DNA of 64,000 nucleotides from an uncultured Pseudomonadales bacterium (lineage in GTDB: Bacteria > Patescibacteriota > Microgenomatia > UBA1400 > Chazhemtobacteraceae): assembly GCA_964422035.1 (NCBI GenBank), contig CAYQZQ010000001.1:50528-114527 (forward strand), written 5' to 3'. Of the stretch, positions 37,202 through 46,533 are shown one piece after another. Position 1 is the stretch's first letter. The number at the start of each line of letters is the position of its first letter. Below the pieces are notes generated by a model that saw only the letters and a program-made list of their open reading frames with translations, had not been told where the DNA came from and did no database searches. The position numbers were made by a program, and so were the translations under genes.

Positions 37202-38299
37202 CTAGGTGGATAGAGGGTGATATAAGTGGAGCTGATGGGAGTTAAAAGCTGTGACTAGAAAGCCGTTTTTGGTTGAGCAAAGCCCGGTAGGCTCTTGTCC
37301 AGTGTAAGAAGATCGACCAAGAATCTTAAATGTTTGAGGATTAAGAAGATAAACTGCCTGAGATGCCCGACAAGATACGGCTAAAAGAGGGTTGAAGTCT
37401 AAAAGACACAGAGAGTTAGGTTGTTTACCTACCTTAGTGCTAGTGAGTAGTTTTCTTTCAGGGATAGACCAAAGATTAACAGTATTTAGGCCAAGGTTGG
37501 AAAAGGCGGCATATTGGGAGTTGAGGGTGATTAAATCACGAGGATTGCCGGCATATTGCTGGTTGGGAGTTAATCGGGAAGAAATGTGTTCAAAGTGGAA
37601 GCCTCTTTTGGGGTGATAACTGATTTCTAAAATGTTTTGGGAGTAAAAACCGGTGACAAGAGCTGTTCTGCCGTTAGGAGTGAATTCGATAGCTCTGGGG
37701 GACTCTAGTTGTTGACGACCTTTTGGGGGTGAGAGGAGTTTTATAACTGAGGGGCGAGAGCGATTTCGGATATCAATCACAGAAATATCGTGAGATTTCC
37801 AGTTGCTGACTAGGATGTATTTACCGCTAGGGTGTAGGGCAGGAACCTTGCTCCAATTACCTTGGGTGTTGACGGAGGAAATGATTTTCAGACTACGGGG
37901 GTCAATTAACCAGAGTTTGTTGTGATGAGGAGGCAGGTGTGAAAAATTGGTGGTAGTAACCATAATTAGATCTTGTTGTCTTTTAACTTCTACTACCTGA
38001 TTTGGGAGATTGAACTCTTTTTTTAGGTGTAGTTTTTTAGATAAGTCAAAAACTTGGAGTTTGCGGCTTGACATGCAGGAAACAAAGACATGGTTTTGGT
38101 AAAGAGCAACTTGTTTAGGTTGTTTTTGGGTGGAAACAGTGGTTGTTTTTTTAGTCAAGACGGGAAGGTCCTTGGCAGATTGATAGATTTTTGTCTCAGG
38201 TGGGGGGTGAAAGTAAATTCTCCAGGTTCTTTTGAGAAGAATGAAAAATCTATTTAAGTGTTTTCTTAGACTAGTGATAAAAAGATTGAATGAGCGCAA
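37202..38299 (-). CDS. Beta-propeller repeat protein (YVTN/NHL-like)
   Basis: Repeated about 40-aa units with conserved aromatic/Gly positions (PRAIEFTPNGRTALVTG..., PTGLCSTKNGFLVTAFN...). Confidence 0.5.
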   Translation of the reverse strand: MRSFNLFITSLRKHLNRFFILLKRTWRIYFHPPPETKIYQSAKDLPVLTKKTTTVSTQKQPKQVALYQNHVFVSCMSSRKLQVFDLSKKLHLKKEFNLPNQVVEVKRQQDLIMVTTTNFSHLPPHHNKLWLIDPRSLKIISSVNTQGNWSKVPALHPSGKYILVSNWKSHDISVIDIRNRSRPSVIKLLSPPKGRQQLESPRAIEFTPNGRTALVTGFYSQNILEISYHPKRGFHFEHISSRLTPNQQYAGNPRDLITLNSQYAAFSNLGLNTVNLWSIPERKLLTSTKVGKQPNSLCLLDFNPLLAVSCRASQAVYLLNPQTFKILGRSSYTGQEPTGLCSTKNGFLVTAFNSHQLHLYHPLST

Positions 38300-38425
38300 T
38301 TTAAAAGTATTCTATCATTAGCTTGTGTGAGACTATTTGGTTAGTGAAAATGAATATTTGGGAGTTTAATTGGAGGTTGTTTTTTTAGCTTAAAAATAGA
38401 AAGGAGGCTGTGATAGAATTGTCGT

Positions 38426-40945
38426 ATGAGTAAAGATCATTATAATCACCAGAAAATCGAAGATAAATGGAGTAGTAAGTGGGGAGATGAGAGAGTTTAT
38501 GAGGTTGATTTGGAAAAGGCAGAGAAACCTTTTTATAACCTAATGATGTTTCCTTATCCGTCAGCGGAAGGGCTGCATGTAGGTAATGTATATGCTTTTG
38601 TAGGTGCTGATATATATGGCAGATACCAGCGACTTTTAGGTAAAGATGTATTTGAGCCGATCGGTCTGGACGGGTTTGGAATTCACTCTGAAAATTACGC
38701 CCTAAAGATAGGTAAGCACCCAGCAGAGCAGGCTAAGATCTCTGAGAAGAATTTTTATAAGCAACTTAAGATGATTGGTAATGGTTTTGCTTGGGAGAAC
38801 AAGTTGGAGACATATAAAAGTGAGTATTATGGCTGGACTCAGTGGATGTTTGTTCAGATGTATAAAAATGGTTTGGCATATAAAAAAGCTGCACAAGTAA
38901 ACTGGTGTGGGCAGTGTAAGACTGTGCTGGCAGATGAGCAAGTAGAGGCTGGAGCTTGTGAGAGATGTAAAAGTAAGGTGGAAAGAAGGGAAGTTGAGAG
39001 CTGGCATTTTAAGATAACTGATTATGCAGATAAACTTTTGGAGAATATTGATGGGGAAGACAAGGACAGTCAGACAGGTAAGGTAGGGCCGGTAGAAGAT
39101 GACTGGGAAGCTAGTCGTGATGGCTTGCGTTGGCCGGAGAAGATAAAAACAGCTCAAAGACAGTGGATTGGCAGGAAAAAAGGAGTGAAGGTAAAGTTTG
39201 ATATAAAGGGTAAAGAATTTGATTTGGAGATATTTACTACTCGACTTGATACTATTTTTGGTACCACTTTTATGGCTGTGTCTCCGGAGACGGTAAAGAG
39301 CTGGCAGAAGCGGGGTCTTAAGGTGAGCGAAAAAGTTGAAAACTATGTTGAAGAGAGTCTGCGCATGAGTGATCAGGAAAGATTGGTTGAGGCAGGAGAG
39401 AAAAGTGGGGTAAGGCTGGAAAAGATTAGAGCGATTAACCCAGTAAATGAGGAAGAGCTACCTGTTTATGTGGGTGATTATGTACTATCAACGGTGGGGA
39501 CAGGTGCGGTAATGGGAGTACCAGGCCATGACCAGCGTGACTATGATTTTGCAGAGAAATACGGATTGCCAATTGAGAAAGTGATTAAGCCTGAAGATGG
39601 TGAAGTTAAAAGTGAGGGAGCCTTTGAGGAAGATGGAGTACTTGTCAACTCAGGCAAGTACAGCGATTTAAGTTCAAAGGGAGCTAGAGAAGAGATACTG
39701 GAAAGCTTGGAAAGCAGGGGATTGGCTGAGAGACAAGTTAATTATCATCTGCGGGACTGGGTTATTTCTCGTCAACGCTATTGGGGTCCGCCGATTCCGA
39801 TGGTTAAGTGTGAGAAGTGTGACTGGCAGCCGGTACCAGAGGAAGAGTTGCCAGTTGAGTTGCCGGATATTGAAGAGTATAAGCCTAAAGGAGGAGGAAC
39901 AACGCCTTTGTCTAATGCGCCTGATGAGTGGAAAGAGACTGAGTGTCCTAAGTGTGGAGGTAAGGCTAAGCGTGAGCTTAATGTGTCAGATTCGTTTGTT
40001 GACAGTTCTTGGTACTTTTTGGCCTATGTGCATATGAATGAAGGTAGATGGGTGAAGGAGGGCAAAAATGAGCCGTTTGTTGAAGAAAGGTTGGAAAAAT
40101 GGCTGCCAGTGGATGCTTATATTGGTGGAGCGGAGCATGCGGTGTTGCATTTGCTTTACTCGAGATTTGTAACTATGGCTTTGCATGACTTTGGTTATTT
40201 GTCTTTTGAAGAACCGTTTCCATTTTTGTACTCGCATGGCCTGATCATTAAAGATGGCTCCAAGATGAGTAAGTCAAAGGGGAATGTGATTAACCCGGAT
40301 GAGTATATAGAAAAATACGGGGCGGATGCATTACGGACTTACTTGATGTTTTTGGGTCCATATAGTCAGGGAGGAGACTTTCAAGACTCGGGCATGAGAG
40401 GGGTAAGAAAGTGGTTGGATAGAGTATACAGAACAGTATTGGATGAGAACAAACAAGCAAAGCAGACAACCCAGAAGAGTAAAAGAAAGCTGGCGGAGAC
40501 GATTAAAAAGGCCAAGGAAGACTACGAGAAGCTCTCATACAACACGGTGGTGGCAGCTTTGATGGAGTTTTCCAATATGTGGCGCGAAGAGGGGGAGAAG
40601 CTGTCAAAGAAAGATATGGAGAAGTTTTTGGTTATTCTTTCACCTTTGGCACCGTTTATTAGTGAAGAGTTGTATGAAGAAATTGGAGGAGAGGGGTTAC
40701 TACACCAAAGAGAGTGGCCTGAGTTTGAAGAAAAACTTTTGGAGAAAAAACAAGTAGAGATTCCAGTTCAGGTGAATGGCAAGCTGCGGGCTGTTATTAA
40801 GATGGAGAAAAGTGAGGCTCAAGATGAGAAGAAAGTAGTGGAAAAGGCTTTAAAGCAGAATCAGGTGCAAAAGTATGTGGAAGGTAAAGAGCGAAAGGTG
40901 GTATTCGTACCGGGAAGATTGGTTAATTTGGTAATAAAAGAATAA
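38426..40945 (+). CDS. leuS: Leucyl-tRNA synthetase (HIGH motif reads HVGN)
   Basis: FPYPSAEGLHVGN...; CP1 editing domain; zinc knuckle CGQCKT...CERC; KMSKS present (SKMSKSKGN); anticodon-binding and C-terminal domains. Confidence 0.95.
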   Translation: MSKDHYNHQKIEDKWSSKWGDERVYEVDLEKAEKPFYNLMMFPYPSAEGLHVGNVYAFVGADIYGRYQRLLGKDVFEPIGLDGFGIHSENYALKIGKHPAEQAKISEKNFYKQLKMIGNGFAWENKLETYKSEYYGWTQWMFVQMYKNGLAYKKAAQVNWCGQCKTVLADEQVEAGACERCKSKVERREVESWHFKITDYADKLLENIDGEDKDSQTGKVGPVEDDWEASRDGLRWPEKIKTAQRQWIGRKKGVKVKFDIKGKEFDLEIFTTRLDTIFGTTFMAVSPETVKSWQKRGLKVSEKVENYVEESLRMSDQERLVEAGEKSGVRLEKIRAINPVNEEELPVYVGDYVLSTVGTGAVMGVPGHDQRDYDFAEKYGLPIEKVIKPEDGEVKSEGAFEEDGVLVNSGKYSDLSSKGAREEILESLESRGLAERQVNYHLRDWVISRQRYWGPPIPMVKCEKCDWQPVPEEELPVELPDIEEYKPKGGGTTPLSNAPDEWKETECPKCGGKAKRELNVSDSFVDSSWYFLAYVHMNEGRWVKEGKNEPFVEERLEKWLPVDAYIGGAEHAVLHLLYSRFVTMALHDFGYLSFEEPFPFLYSHGLIIKDGSKMSKSKGNVINPDEYIEKYGADALRTYLMFLGPYSQGGDFQDSGMRGVRKWLDRVYRTVLDENKQAKQTTQKSKRKLAETIKKAKEDYEKLSYNTVVAALMEFSNMWREEGEKLSKKDMEKFLVILSPLAPFISEELYEEIGGEGLLHQREWPEFEEKLLEKKQVEIPVQVNGKLRAVIKMEKSEAQDEKKVVEKALKQNQVQKYVEGKERKVVFVPGRLVNLVIKE

Positions 40946-40950
40946 ATTCG

Positions 40951-41442
40951 GTGAAAAAGAATTATATGACTTTGGAAGGTAAAAAGGTTTTGGAAAGGAG
41001 GCTAAAGGAGGCTAAGGATGAGTTTAAAAAACAGAACTTGGCGATAGGTAGTGCGGCTGGTGAAGAGTATGATTGGCATGATAACGCGGCGTTTGATATA
41101 GCAGTGGCAAATAGAGATGTAGCCAGTAGCAGAATTAGAGAATTAAAGCAGAAATTGCAGAATGTGGAGATTATTAAACCGCGTGAAGAGACGAATGAGG
41201 TAGGAATAGGGAATGAGGTGGTGGTTAGGTACAACAAGGAGAAGGAAGATAAAGTGTTTACCATTGTGGGACCGGTAGATTCTGAGTTACATGAAGGCTG
41301 GATTAGCCATAAAACCCCATTGGGGAAGAGTTTATTAGGAGCTGAGGTGGGAGAATTCGTAGAAATGAAGCTTGGGGATGGGATGGTTGCTAGAATTAAA
41401 GTTAAGGAAATTAAAAAGATGAATGTTTTTGTTGAAATATAG
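40951..41442 (+). CDS. greA: GreA/GreB-family transcript cleavage factor homologue
   Basis: N-terminal coiled coil plus a C-terminal FKBP-like domain (ISHKTPLGKSLLGAEVGEFVEMKLGDG). The acidic-tip region is not canonical (DWHDNAAFD instead of D..E). Confidence 0.7.
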   Translation: MKKNYMTLEGKKVLERRLKEAKDEFKKQNLAIGSAAGEEYDWHDNAAFDIAVANRDVASSRIRELKQKLQNVEIIKPREETNEVGIGNEVVVRYNKEKEDKVFTIVGPVDSELHEGWISHKTPLGKSLLGAEVGEFVEMKLGDGMVARIKVKEIKKMNVFVEI

Positions 41443-41659
41443 TGCTGAGAAAGATAAGTGGAGGATATATTATGTAAACGATTTCTCTCATCTTAAATAT
41501 ATGAGGAGGGAGAGTTAATATTTTTTTAGTTATCTTTTGTTGTGGATAGATATGAGCTTTGCCTTTGATGAAAGTAGTTAAGAGCTCTGGTTGATGTAAA
41601 TAATAAGTAAAACGCAAGAATTGATTTTTAGAGAGTGCAAATTTTTATAAGAGATAAGG

Positions 41660-41687
41660 CTTGACAGGGGGTGATATAAAGATATAC
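41660..41687 (+). promoter_or_regulatory. Strong sigma70-type promoter (TTGACA-16-TATACT)
   Basis: TTGACA 41660-41665, TATACT 41682-41687. About 75 nt upstream of an intrinsic terminator. Confidence 0.55.
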
Positions 41688-41693
41688 TACAAA

Positions 41694-41777
41694 CAGATGT
41701 CTGAATTTGAGGTGCAGGACACCATAGTTTTAGCAAAAAGCTAATAAAACTTATTAACCGCCGTTTGGCGGTTTTTT
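41694..41777 (+). ncRNA. Candidate about 80-nt small RNA or cis-acting leader (promoter to intrinsic terminator)
   Basis: Predicted transcript ACAAACAGAUGUCUGAAUUUGAGGUGCAGGACACCAUAGUUUUAGCAAAAAGCUAAUAAAACUUAUUAACCGCCGUUUGGCGGUUUUUUU. Contains an internal imperfect hairpin (GUUUUAGC/GCUAA-AAAC) and a terminal terminator hairpin. Confidence 0.4.
41757..41777 (+). terminator. Rho-independent terminator (CCGCC-GTTT-GGCGG followed by T7)
   Basis: Perfect 5-bp GC stem, 4-nt loop, 7 consecutive T. Confidence 0.7.
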
Positions 41778-41843
41778 TGCAGTTGAATTGACAGGCATAA
41801 GAATAACTTATAATATATATTTATAATAATTTAAAATAAAAAA

Positions 41844-42776
41844 ATGAGTGAAAAATCAATAAATTCAGAGCAACCAAAGAATATTGAAAAAGGGGAGGAC
41901 AAAAAAGGAGGTATATCGAGAAGAAGGTTCTTGAAAATAGCAGGAGCATTGGTGGCGGTGGGGGCAATAACTAAGTTAGAGAAAGCTACAGGAGTGACTA
42001 AGGGATTGGGTAAGGAAAAGGGGGAGAAAGTGTTATCAGGTGAATCTGTGGAGTTTAAGGTTGGGGATAGGATTAAAGAAATCTATCAAATTAACGGAGT
42101 GGGGATAAATCCAGAATTTGATAATGAGACGGAAGGGTCAGCAGAGGATATAATGGCTCTGGTTTTTGTTAAGGCTTGTCATAAGGCGTGGCAGCGACAT
42201 CATAAGGATTTAGAGACTGGCTTTGATGAGTATGTGAGTATGCTGGATGAGGCAGAAAAAACAGGAGAATATGAGCAAATAATGTTTACTGTGGGAGGAG
42301 CGGATTTAACGGCTGGCGGAGATTATGATCAGATGATGATAAATCCTCTGGAAGGGTTTGATGTGGTGGTAGCTGATTATATATATGATGACATGAGAAT
42401 GAAGATGAGAATCGAGAGGCAAGAGGCGAGTTATAGGAGTAGTGATAAAGTGATGGATGAAGATGTGTCTCCTATCGAGGTTAAAAAAGACAATGTTATG
42501 CTTGGGTACGCAAAGAGTGAAGAAGGAAAGTTGCAGTTGATGTTTAATTTACCCAGTCAGGCATGGGCTAAAGATCCTACTTCTTCAAAACATCTGACAG
42601 AAAGGTTGATGATATCCTTGATAATGTTGCAAAGTTCCCCGGGCGAACAGATGGGTCATACGATTAGTGGTGAGAAGCAGCAAGAAGAGCTTAATTCAAA
42701 GTTGGAAAGAGAGTCAGATGGGTATAAGAAGCTGATGTTTGTTAGTGATGAGATTGGTATACTGGCAGCTGAGTGA
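41844..42776 (+). CDS. Secreted hypothetical protein with a twin-arginine (Tat) signal peptide
   Basis: N-terminus ...GGISRRRFLKIAGALVAVGAITK matches the Tat consensus S/T-R-R-x-F-L-K followed by a hydrophobic h-region. Confidence 0.55.
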   Translation: MSEKSINSEQPKNIEKGEDKKGGISRRRFLKIAGALVAVGAITKLEKATGVTKGLGKEKGEKVLSGESVEFKVGDRIKEIYQINGVGINPEFDNETEGSAEDIMALVFVKACHKAWQRHHKDLETGFDEYVSMLDEAEKTGEYEQIMFTVGGADLTAGGDYDQMMINPLEGFDVVVADYIYDDMRMKMRIERQEASYRSSDKVMDEDVSPIEVKKDNVMLGYAKSEEGKLQLMFNLPSQAWAKDPTSSKHLTERLMISLIMLQSSPGEQMGHTISGEKQQEELNSKLERESDGYKKLMFVSDEIGILAAE

Positions 42777-42799
42777 TGTAAGGAGAAGTAATAGGCAAG

Positions 42800-45073
42800 T
42801 TGTGTGTTGTTGGTATTTTTTGTTATATTGGAGTTATGAGGAGATGGAAAAGATGGGATATTTTGGTTTTATTAATATTTTTGGTGATTTTAATTATTGG
42901 AGGATTGTGGATATTGAGACCTATAATTAATGCGAATAGGAGAATTAAGTTTGAGAATAATTCTTCAGTTAAAATTAGTAAATCATTTATAGGAATGGTA
43001 AGGCTTGATGAGTTTCTAGAAGAAAATGAGGTATGGAGTAATGGGTTAAGGGCCGAAGGATCAGAAGGAGAGGTGAAGTTTTCAAAGATTAAGTTTGTCT
43101 ATCAAGATGATAAATTATCGAATTATATACTGGTGGATGCTCAAGGAGTATCAGCAAGTTATGGTAATGGATATCTTGAAGGAGATGTTTATAGAGTACC
43201 CTTGCATGTGAATGTGAGGCTGAAGTCATTGAGTGAGGCAGATTATGAGCGGATGATAAATTTTCTGCCGATATATGCAGTTTTGGCCTTACAGAGAGAG
43301 AAATATTTTGATAGGCAGGTGGCGGAAGAGGTAATGACGGAGAGCTTGGGAGTAATGGAGGGAGTGCGGGAGAATGAGCACTGGATTTTGGCGAGGGAGA
43401 GGACGATAGTAGATATCGGCAGAGGGTTGTTTAGGAAGATTTGGAATTTTTTCACAGTTGATGAAATTGAGGCATACTGGGCTTGTGGCGGGAGTTATAC
43501 TTGTAGTCCGATTGGTTGTGGGGGTCTACATGGTGAATGCAGTTGTGCATATTCGGGTGGTGGTGGTAATAGTAGTGCTTGTGTTTGGGGAATGGCGAAT
43601 AACTGTACAGGATATTGTGGGAATGCGGCGTATCCTTGTAAAACATCGGATAATTGTAGTACCTATTGGGTAGATGAAGAAGGTGGTGGTAATGGTGGTA
43701 ATGGTGGGTGCACTCCGAGTTGTTCATCACCACTATGTGGTCAGGGCGATGGATGTGGAGGTACGTGTTCAGATGAAGATGTGGGTACATATACAGAAGG
43801 TGCTTGGAGTGCATGTGATCCGGTTACTTTTGAGCGAACTAGAACAATAGATTATGCATGTGATGAGACTGATCAGACAGAGACAGAGGATTGTAGAGGG
43901 GAGATAACCGGTACTTTTTTTGATGCCAGTGAGGTAGATAACTGTAGTAATATAGTTGCGCAGCCTAAGATAGAGGGAGTGATGATACAGGCAGAGGCGC
44001 AGACAAATCATAGTGGTGTATATAGTGATGTTACAAGCGCAGATGGTAGTTACTTGATAAATGGGACAAGTTTAAGGGTGCCGGATGATTATTTAATGAG
44101 CTTTTCAGGGTTAGATACGGCTTTATATATTGGAGATGCGCCCAAGTTAATGTGTGACTTTGGAGTGGCGGATACTCCCAGTACTTGGGTAGCTAGTTTG
44201 AGTGATCAGGCTGAGGTGGAACAATGGAGAGTGGGTTTTTGGAGAATATATGGCAGTTGGTTTCAAGTGCAGGGTGGTGATGTGTATGCAGATGAGGGGA
44301 TTGAATCAGTAATTCCTGCGAATTGTGGTGAAGCAGAGAACTGGGAGAGTTGTGGAAATGTGATAGATGCAGGGGGAAGTTATACCAGCAGTACACCTTT
44401 GGTAAGGCAGGTATTTAACACAGATGGCAGTCGTGATAATCCGGGAGTGGCATTTGTGGGAAATGGAGATATAGATCTGGGTGGGGCAGGTAATGCAGTG
44501 GTAAGCAGTGAGGGCTGGGAGGCTGTCTCAGACTATCAAGGAAGGAATGCAGATTACGGATACTTTAATGTGGTAACAGGTAGGGTAGACAGGCAGGCTT
44601 GGGAGGGGAGTGGCAAGCCTAGCGGATCTAGTACTGGCATATACACAAGCTCAGGGAATGTAACCATTGATAGTGATTGGGATCTGGGGGGAGGAGGAAG
44701 CGATGAGACGATGGTGGTGGTGCATGATGGTAGTGTGAATATCACAAGTAATATTAACGTTGAGAAAGGCTCCTACTTGGCTGTAATAGCGTCAGGGAGT
44801 ATTAATGTGGCCAGCAACGTAACCTTATTGGAAGGGGTTTATGTAGCAGACAGTACTATAAACATCGAATCAACGGATGATACCAGTACAGATCAACAGT
44901 TTATTGGTGAAGGAACGTTTATTGGCTGGGATGGAGTTTCGTTAAACAGAGATAGAGGTATAACTAACAACAGTGAGCCACCACACAGATTTATTTTCCG
45001 TCAGGACTTTATTGTTAATGGGCCGGATGGGATGAGGAGTTCGAGGGTAACATGGAGGGAGATTAGGCCGTAG
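42800..45073 (+). CDS. Large (757 aa) membrane-anchored cell-surface protein with a Cys/Gly-rich module and a beta-helix-like C-terminal region
   Basis: N-terminal TM anchor (WDILVLLIFLVILIIGGLWIL). Central region with about 30 Cys and GGGNGGNGG tracts. WSACDPVTFERTRT..YAC segment reminiscent of a thrombospondin type-1 repeat. C-terminal repetitive V/I-x-S/N strands (SVNITSNINVEKGSYLAVIASGSINVASNVTLLEGVYVADSTINIES). Confidence 0.55.
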   Translation: MCVVGIFCYIGVMRRWKRWDILVLLIFLVILIIGGLWILRPIINANRRIKFENNSSVKISKSFIGMVRLDEFLEENEVWSNGLRAEGSEGEVKFSKIKFVYQDDKLSNYILVDAQGVSASYGNGYLEGDVYRVPLHVNVRLKSLSEADYERMINFLPIYAVLALQREKYFDRQVAEEVMTESLGVMEGVRENEHWILARERTIVDIGRGLFRKIWNFFTVDEIEAYWACGGSYTCSPIGCGGLHGECSCAYSGGGGNSSACVWGMANNCTGYCGNAAYPCKTSDNCSTYWVDEEGGGNGGNGGCTPSCSSPLCGQGDGCGGTCSDEDVGTYTEGAWSACDPVTFERTRTIDYACDETDQTETEDCRGEITGTFFDASEVDNCSNIVAQPKIEGVMIQAEAQTNHSGVYSDVTSADGSYLINGTSLRVPDDYLMSFSGLDTALYIGDAPKLMCDFGVADTPSTWVASLSDQAEVEQWRVGFWRIYGSWFQVQGGDVYADEGIESVIPANCGEAENWESCGNVIDAGGSYTSSTPLVRQVFNTDGSRDNPGVAFVGNGDIDLGGAGNAVVSSEGWEAVSDYQGRNADYGYFNVVTGRVDRQAWEGSGKPSGSSTGIYTSSGNVTIDSDWDLGGGGSDETMVVVHDGSVNITSNINVEKGSYLAVIASGSINVASNVTLLEGVYVADSTINIESTDDTSTDQQFIGEGTFIGWDGVSLNRDRGITNNSEPPHRFIFRQDFIVNGPDGMRSSRVTWREIRP

Positions 45074-45111
45074 GGTAGATGATTGGGTAAAAGAGAGAGC
45101 CCAGAAGGGTA

Positions 45112-45140
45112 TTGACAGAAAATGTACATTTATGTATATT
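45112..45140 (+). promoter_or_regulatory. Sigma70-type promoter (TTGACA-17-TATATT) giving a leaderless or near-leaderless abiEi-2 mRNA
   Basis: TTGACA 45112-45117, TATATT 45135-45140. Start codon at 45149 lies only about 8 nt after the -10 box. Confidence 0.5.
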
Positions 45141-45148
45141 AACTATTA

Positions 45149-45718
45149 ATGAGATTAAAAGAGTTAGAAGACAAGCTGGAGTATCCGATTTTTAGTTCAA
45201 ATCAGGTTGAAAGGATGTTTGTTGAGGAAGAGAATAATAGTATAAATATTCAGCTCTCCCGTTGGGAAAAGAGAGGGGAGCTGGTGCGGTTAAAAAGAGG
45301 GATATATAAGCTGGCGGATAGGGAAGTGGAGGAGATGGTAGTGGCGAGTGTTATGTATAGGCCTTCTTATGTAAGCTTGGAGACGGCTTTGCATTATCAG
45401 GGGGTGATACCGGAGGTGGTGAATATGATTACCAGTGTGACAACGATTACCTCAAAAGAGTTTGAAAACCAGATGGGGGTTTTTGTATACAGCAAACTTA
45501 AAAAAGAGCTTTATTTTGGTTTTAAGAAAGTGAAGGATAGTAAAAGTGGCATGTACTACCAGATAGCCGAGCCGGAGAAGGCTTTATTGGACTGGATTTA
45601 CGTGAAGGGAGTAAAAGACTTGCAGGCAAGCAGAGTAGATAGAAGTCTTTTGGAGGAGGAAAAGTTGTCCAGGTGGGCTGAAAAGTACCCGGACTGGGTG
45701 GGGGAGGTAATTGATTAA
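45149..45718 (+). CDS. abiEi: AbiEi-family antitoxin/regulator (second copy)
   Basis: RLKRGIYKL...VMYRPSYVSLETALHYQGVIPE is the AbiEi N-terminal domain signature; upstream of AbiEii-2. Confidence 0.75.
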   Translation: MRLKELEDKLEYPIFSSNQVERMFVEEENNSINIQLSRWEKRGELVRLKRGIYKLADREVEEMVVASVMYRPSYVSLETALHYQGVIPEVVNMITSVTTITSKEFENQMGVFVYSKLKKELYFGFKKVKDSKSGMYYQIAEPEKALLDWIYVKGVKDLQASRVDRSLLEEEKLSRWAEKYPDWVGEVID

Positions 45719-45730
45719 TTTAATAATAAA

Positions 45731-46513
45731 ATGAATAATTTAATAACCAACTTTGATCAGATCTTGCAGATGGCGGACGATCAGGGAGTGCCTTTAAAAA
45801 AGCGGGGTGTTTTAAGGGAGTATCTGCAAAGTAAATTTCTGGCAGAGTTTTATGGTTTGAAAAAGGCTAGCAAGATGTCGTTTGTGGGCGGGACGAGCCT
45901 GAGGTTTTTGGAAGGACTGCCTAGATTTTCAGAAGATCTGGATTTTGACAATTTGGGTTTAAGTGATGACCAGGTAGAAGAGTTGGTGGAGGAAGTGGTG
46001 GGTAGTTTTGAGGCGGAGAATATAGATTTGGAACTTAAAAAAACGATAAGGGAGCACAAGAAGTATTTTGAATTAAGGTTTCCCAAGATACTTTATCAGC
46101 TGGGGATATCCTCACATGCAAAGGAGAAGATGATGATTAAGATTGACTATGCCCGTCACTGGCGGGGGCAAAAGACCAGGTCGGTTTTGTTTTCGAAGTA
46201 CGGGTTTATTGAGCAGATAGTCAGCAATCAGTTGGATCAGATTTTGGTGCAAAAGATAGCGGCTTATGTGGGGCGTAGGCAAGTGCAGCCGAGAGATATG
46301 TATGACATAGTCTGGTTGTATGCTCGGGGAGTAAGACTCGATAGGGAGTTTATGAAGGAAAATGGAAAAACAGAGCTGATAGAAAAGGCTCGAGAAAGGT
46401 TTGAAGAAAAGGGAGTTTCTCAGGCTGACAAAAGAAGACTGAGACCCTTTTTATTCAAAGAAGGTGAGGTGGATAAGATAGAGTTGTTAGGTGAAGTTTT
46501 GTCTAAGTTGTAA
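45731..46513 (+). CDS. abiEii: AbiEii/AbiGii-family nucleotidyltransferase toxin (second copy)
   Basis: NTase motif FVGGTSLRFLEGLPRFSEDLDFD; 260 aa. Confidence 0.8.
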   Translation: MNNLITNFDQILQMADDQGVPLKKRGVLREYLQSKFLAEFYGLKKASKMSFVGGTSLRFLEGLPRFSEDLDFDNLGLSDDQVEELVEEVVGSFEAENIDLELKKTIREHKKYFELRFPKILYQLGISSHAKEKMMIKIDYARHWRGQKTRSVLFSKYGFIEQIVSNQLDQILVQKIAAYVGRRQVQPRDMYDIVWLYARGVRLDREFMKENGKTELIEKARERFEEKGVSQADKRRLRPFLFKEGEVDKIELLGEVLSKL

Positions 46514-46533
46514 ATTATGATGATTAAAGAAAA

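Noticed and set aside
38300-38425. T-box leader upstream of leuS (and likewise upstream of cysS/argS)
   Set aside because: No T-box consensus (AAUUAGGGUGGNACCGCG) or specifier-loop architecture found; the spacer is short and AT-rich.
41727-41760. tracrRNA/sgRNA-like repeat:anti-repeat hairpin (GTTTTAGC...GCTAATAAAAC)
   Set aside because: No cas genes or CRISPR array anywhere in the window. The hairpin is imperfect and more simply explained as part of a small RNA or leader with a terminator.
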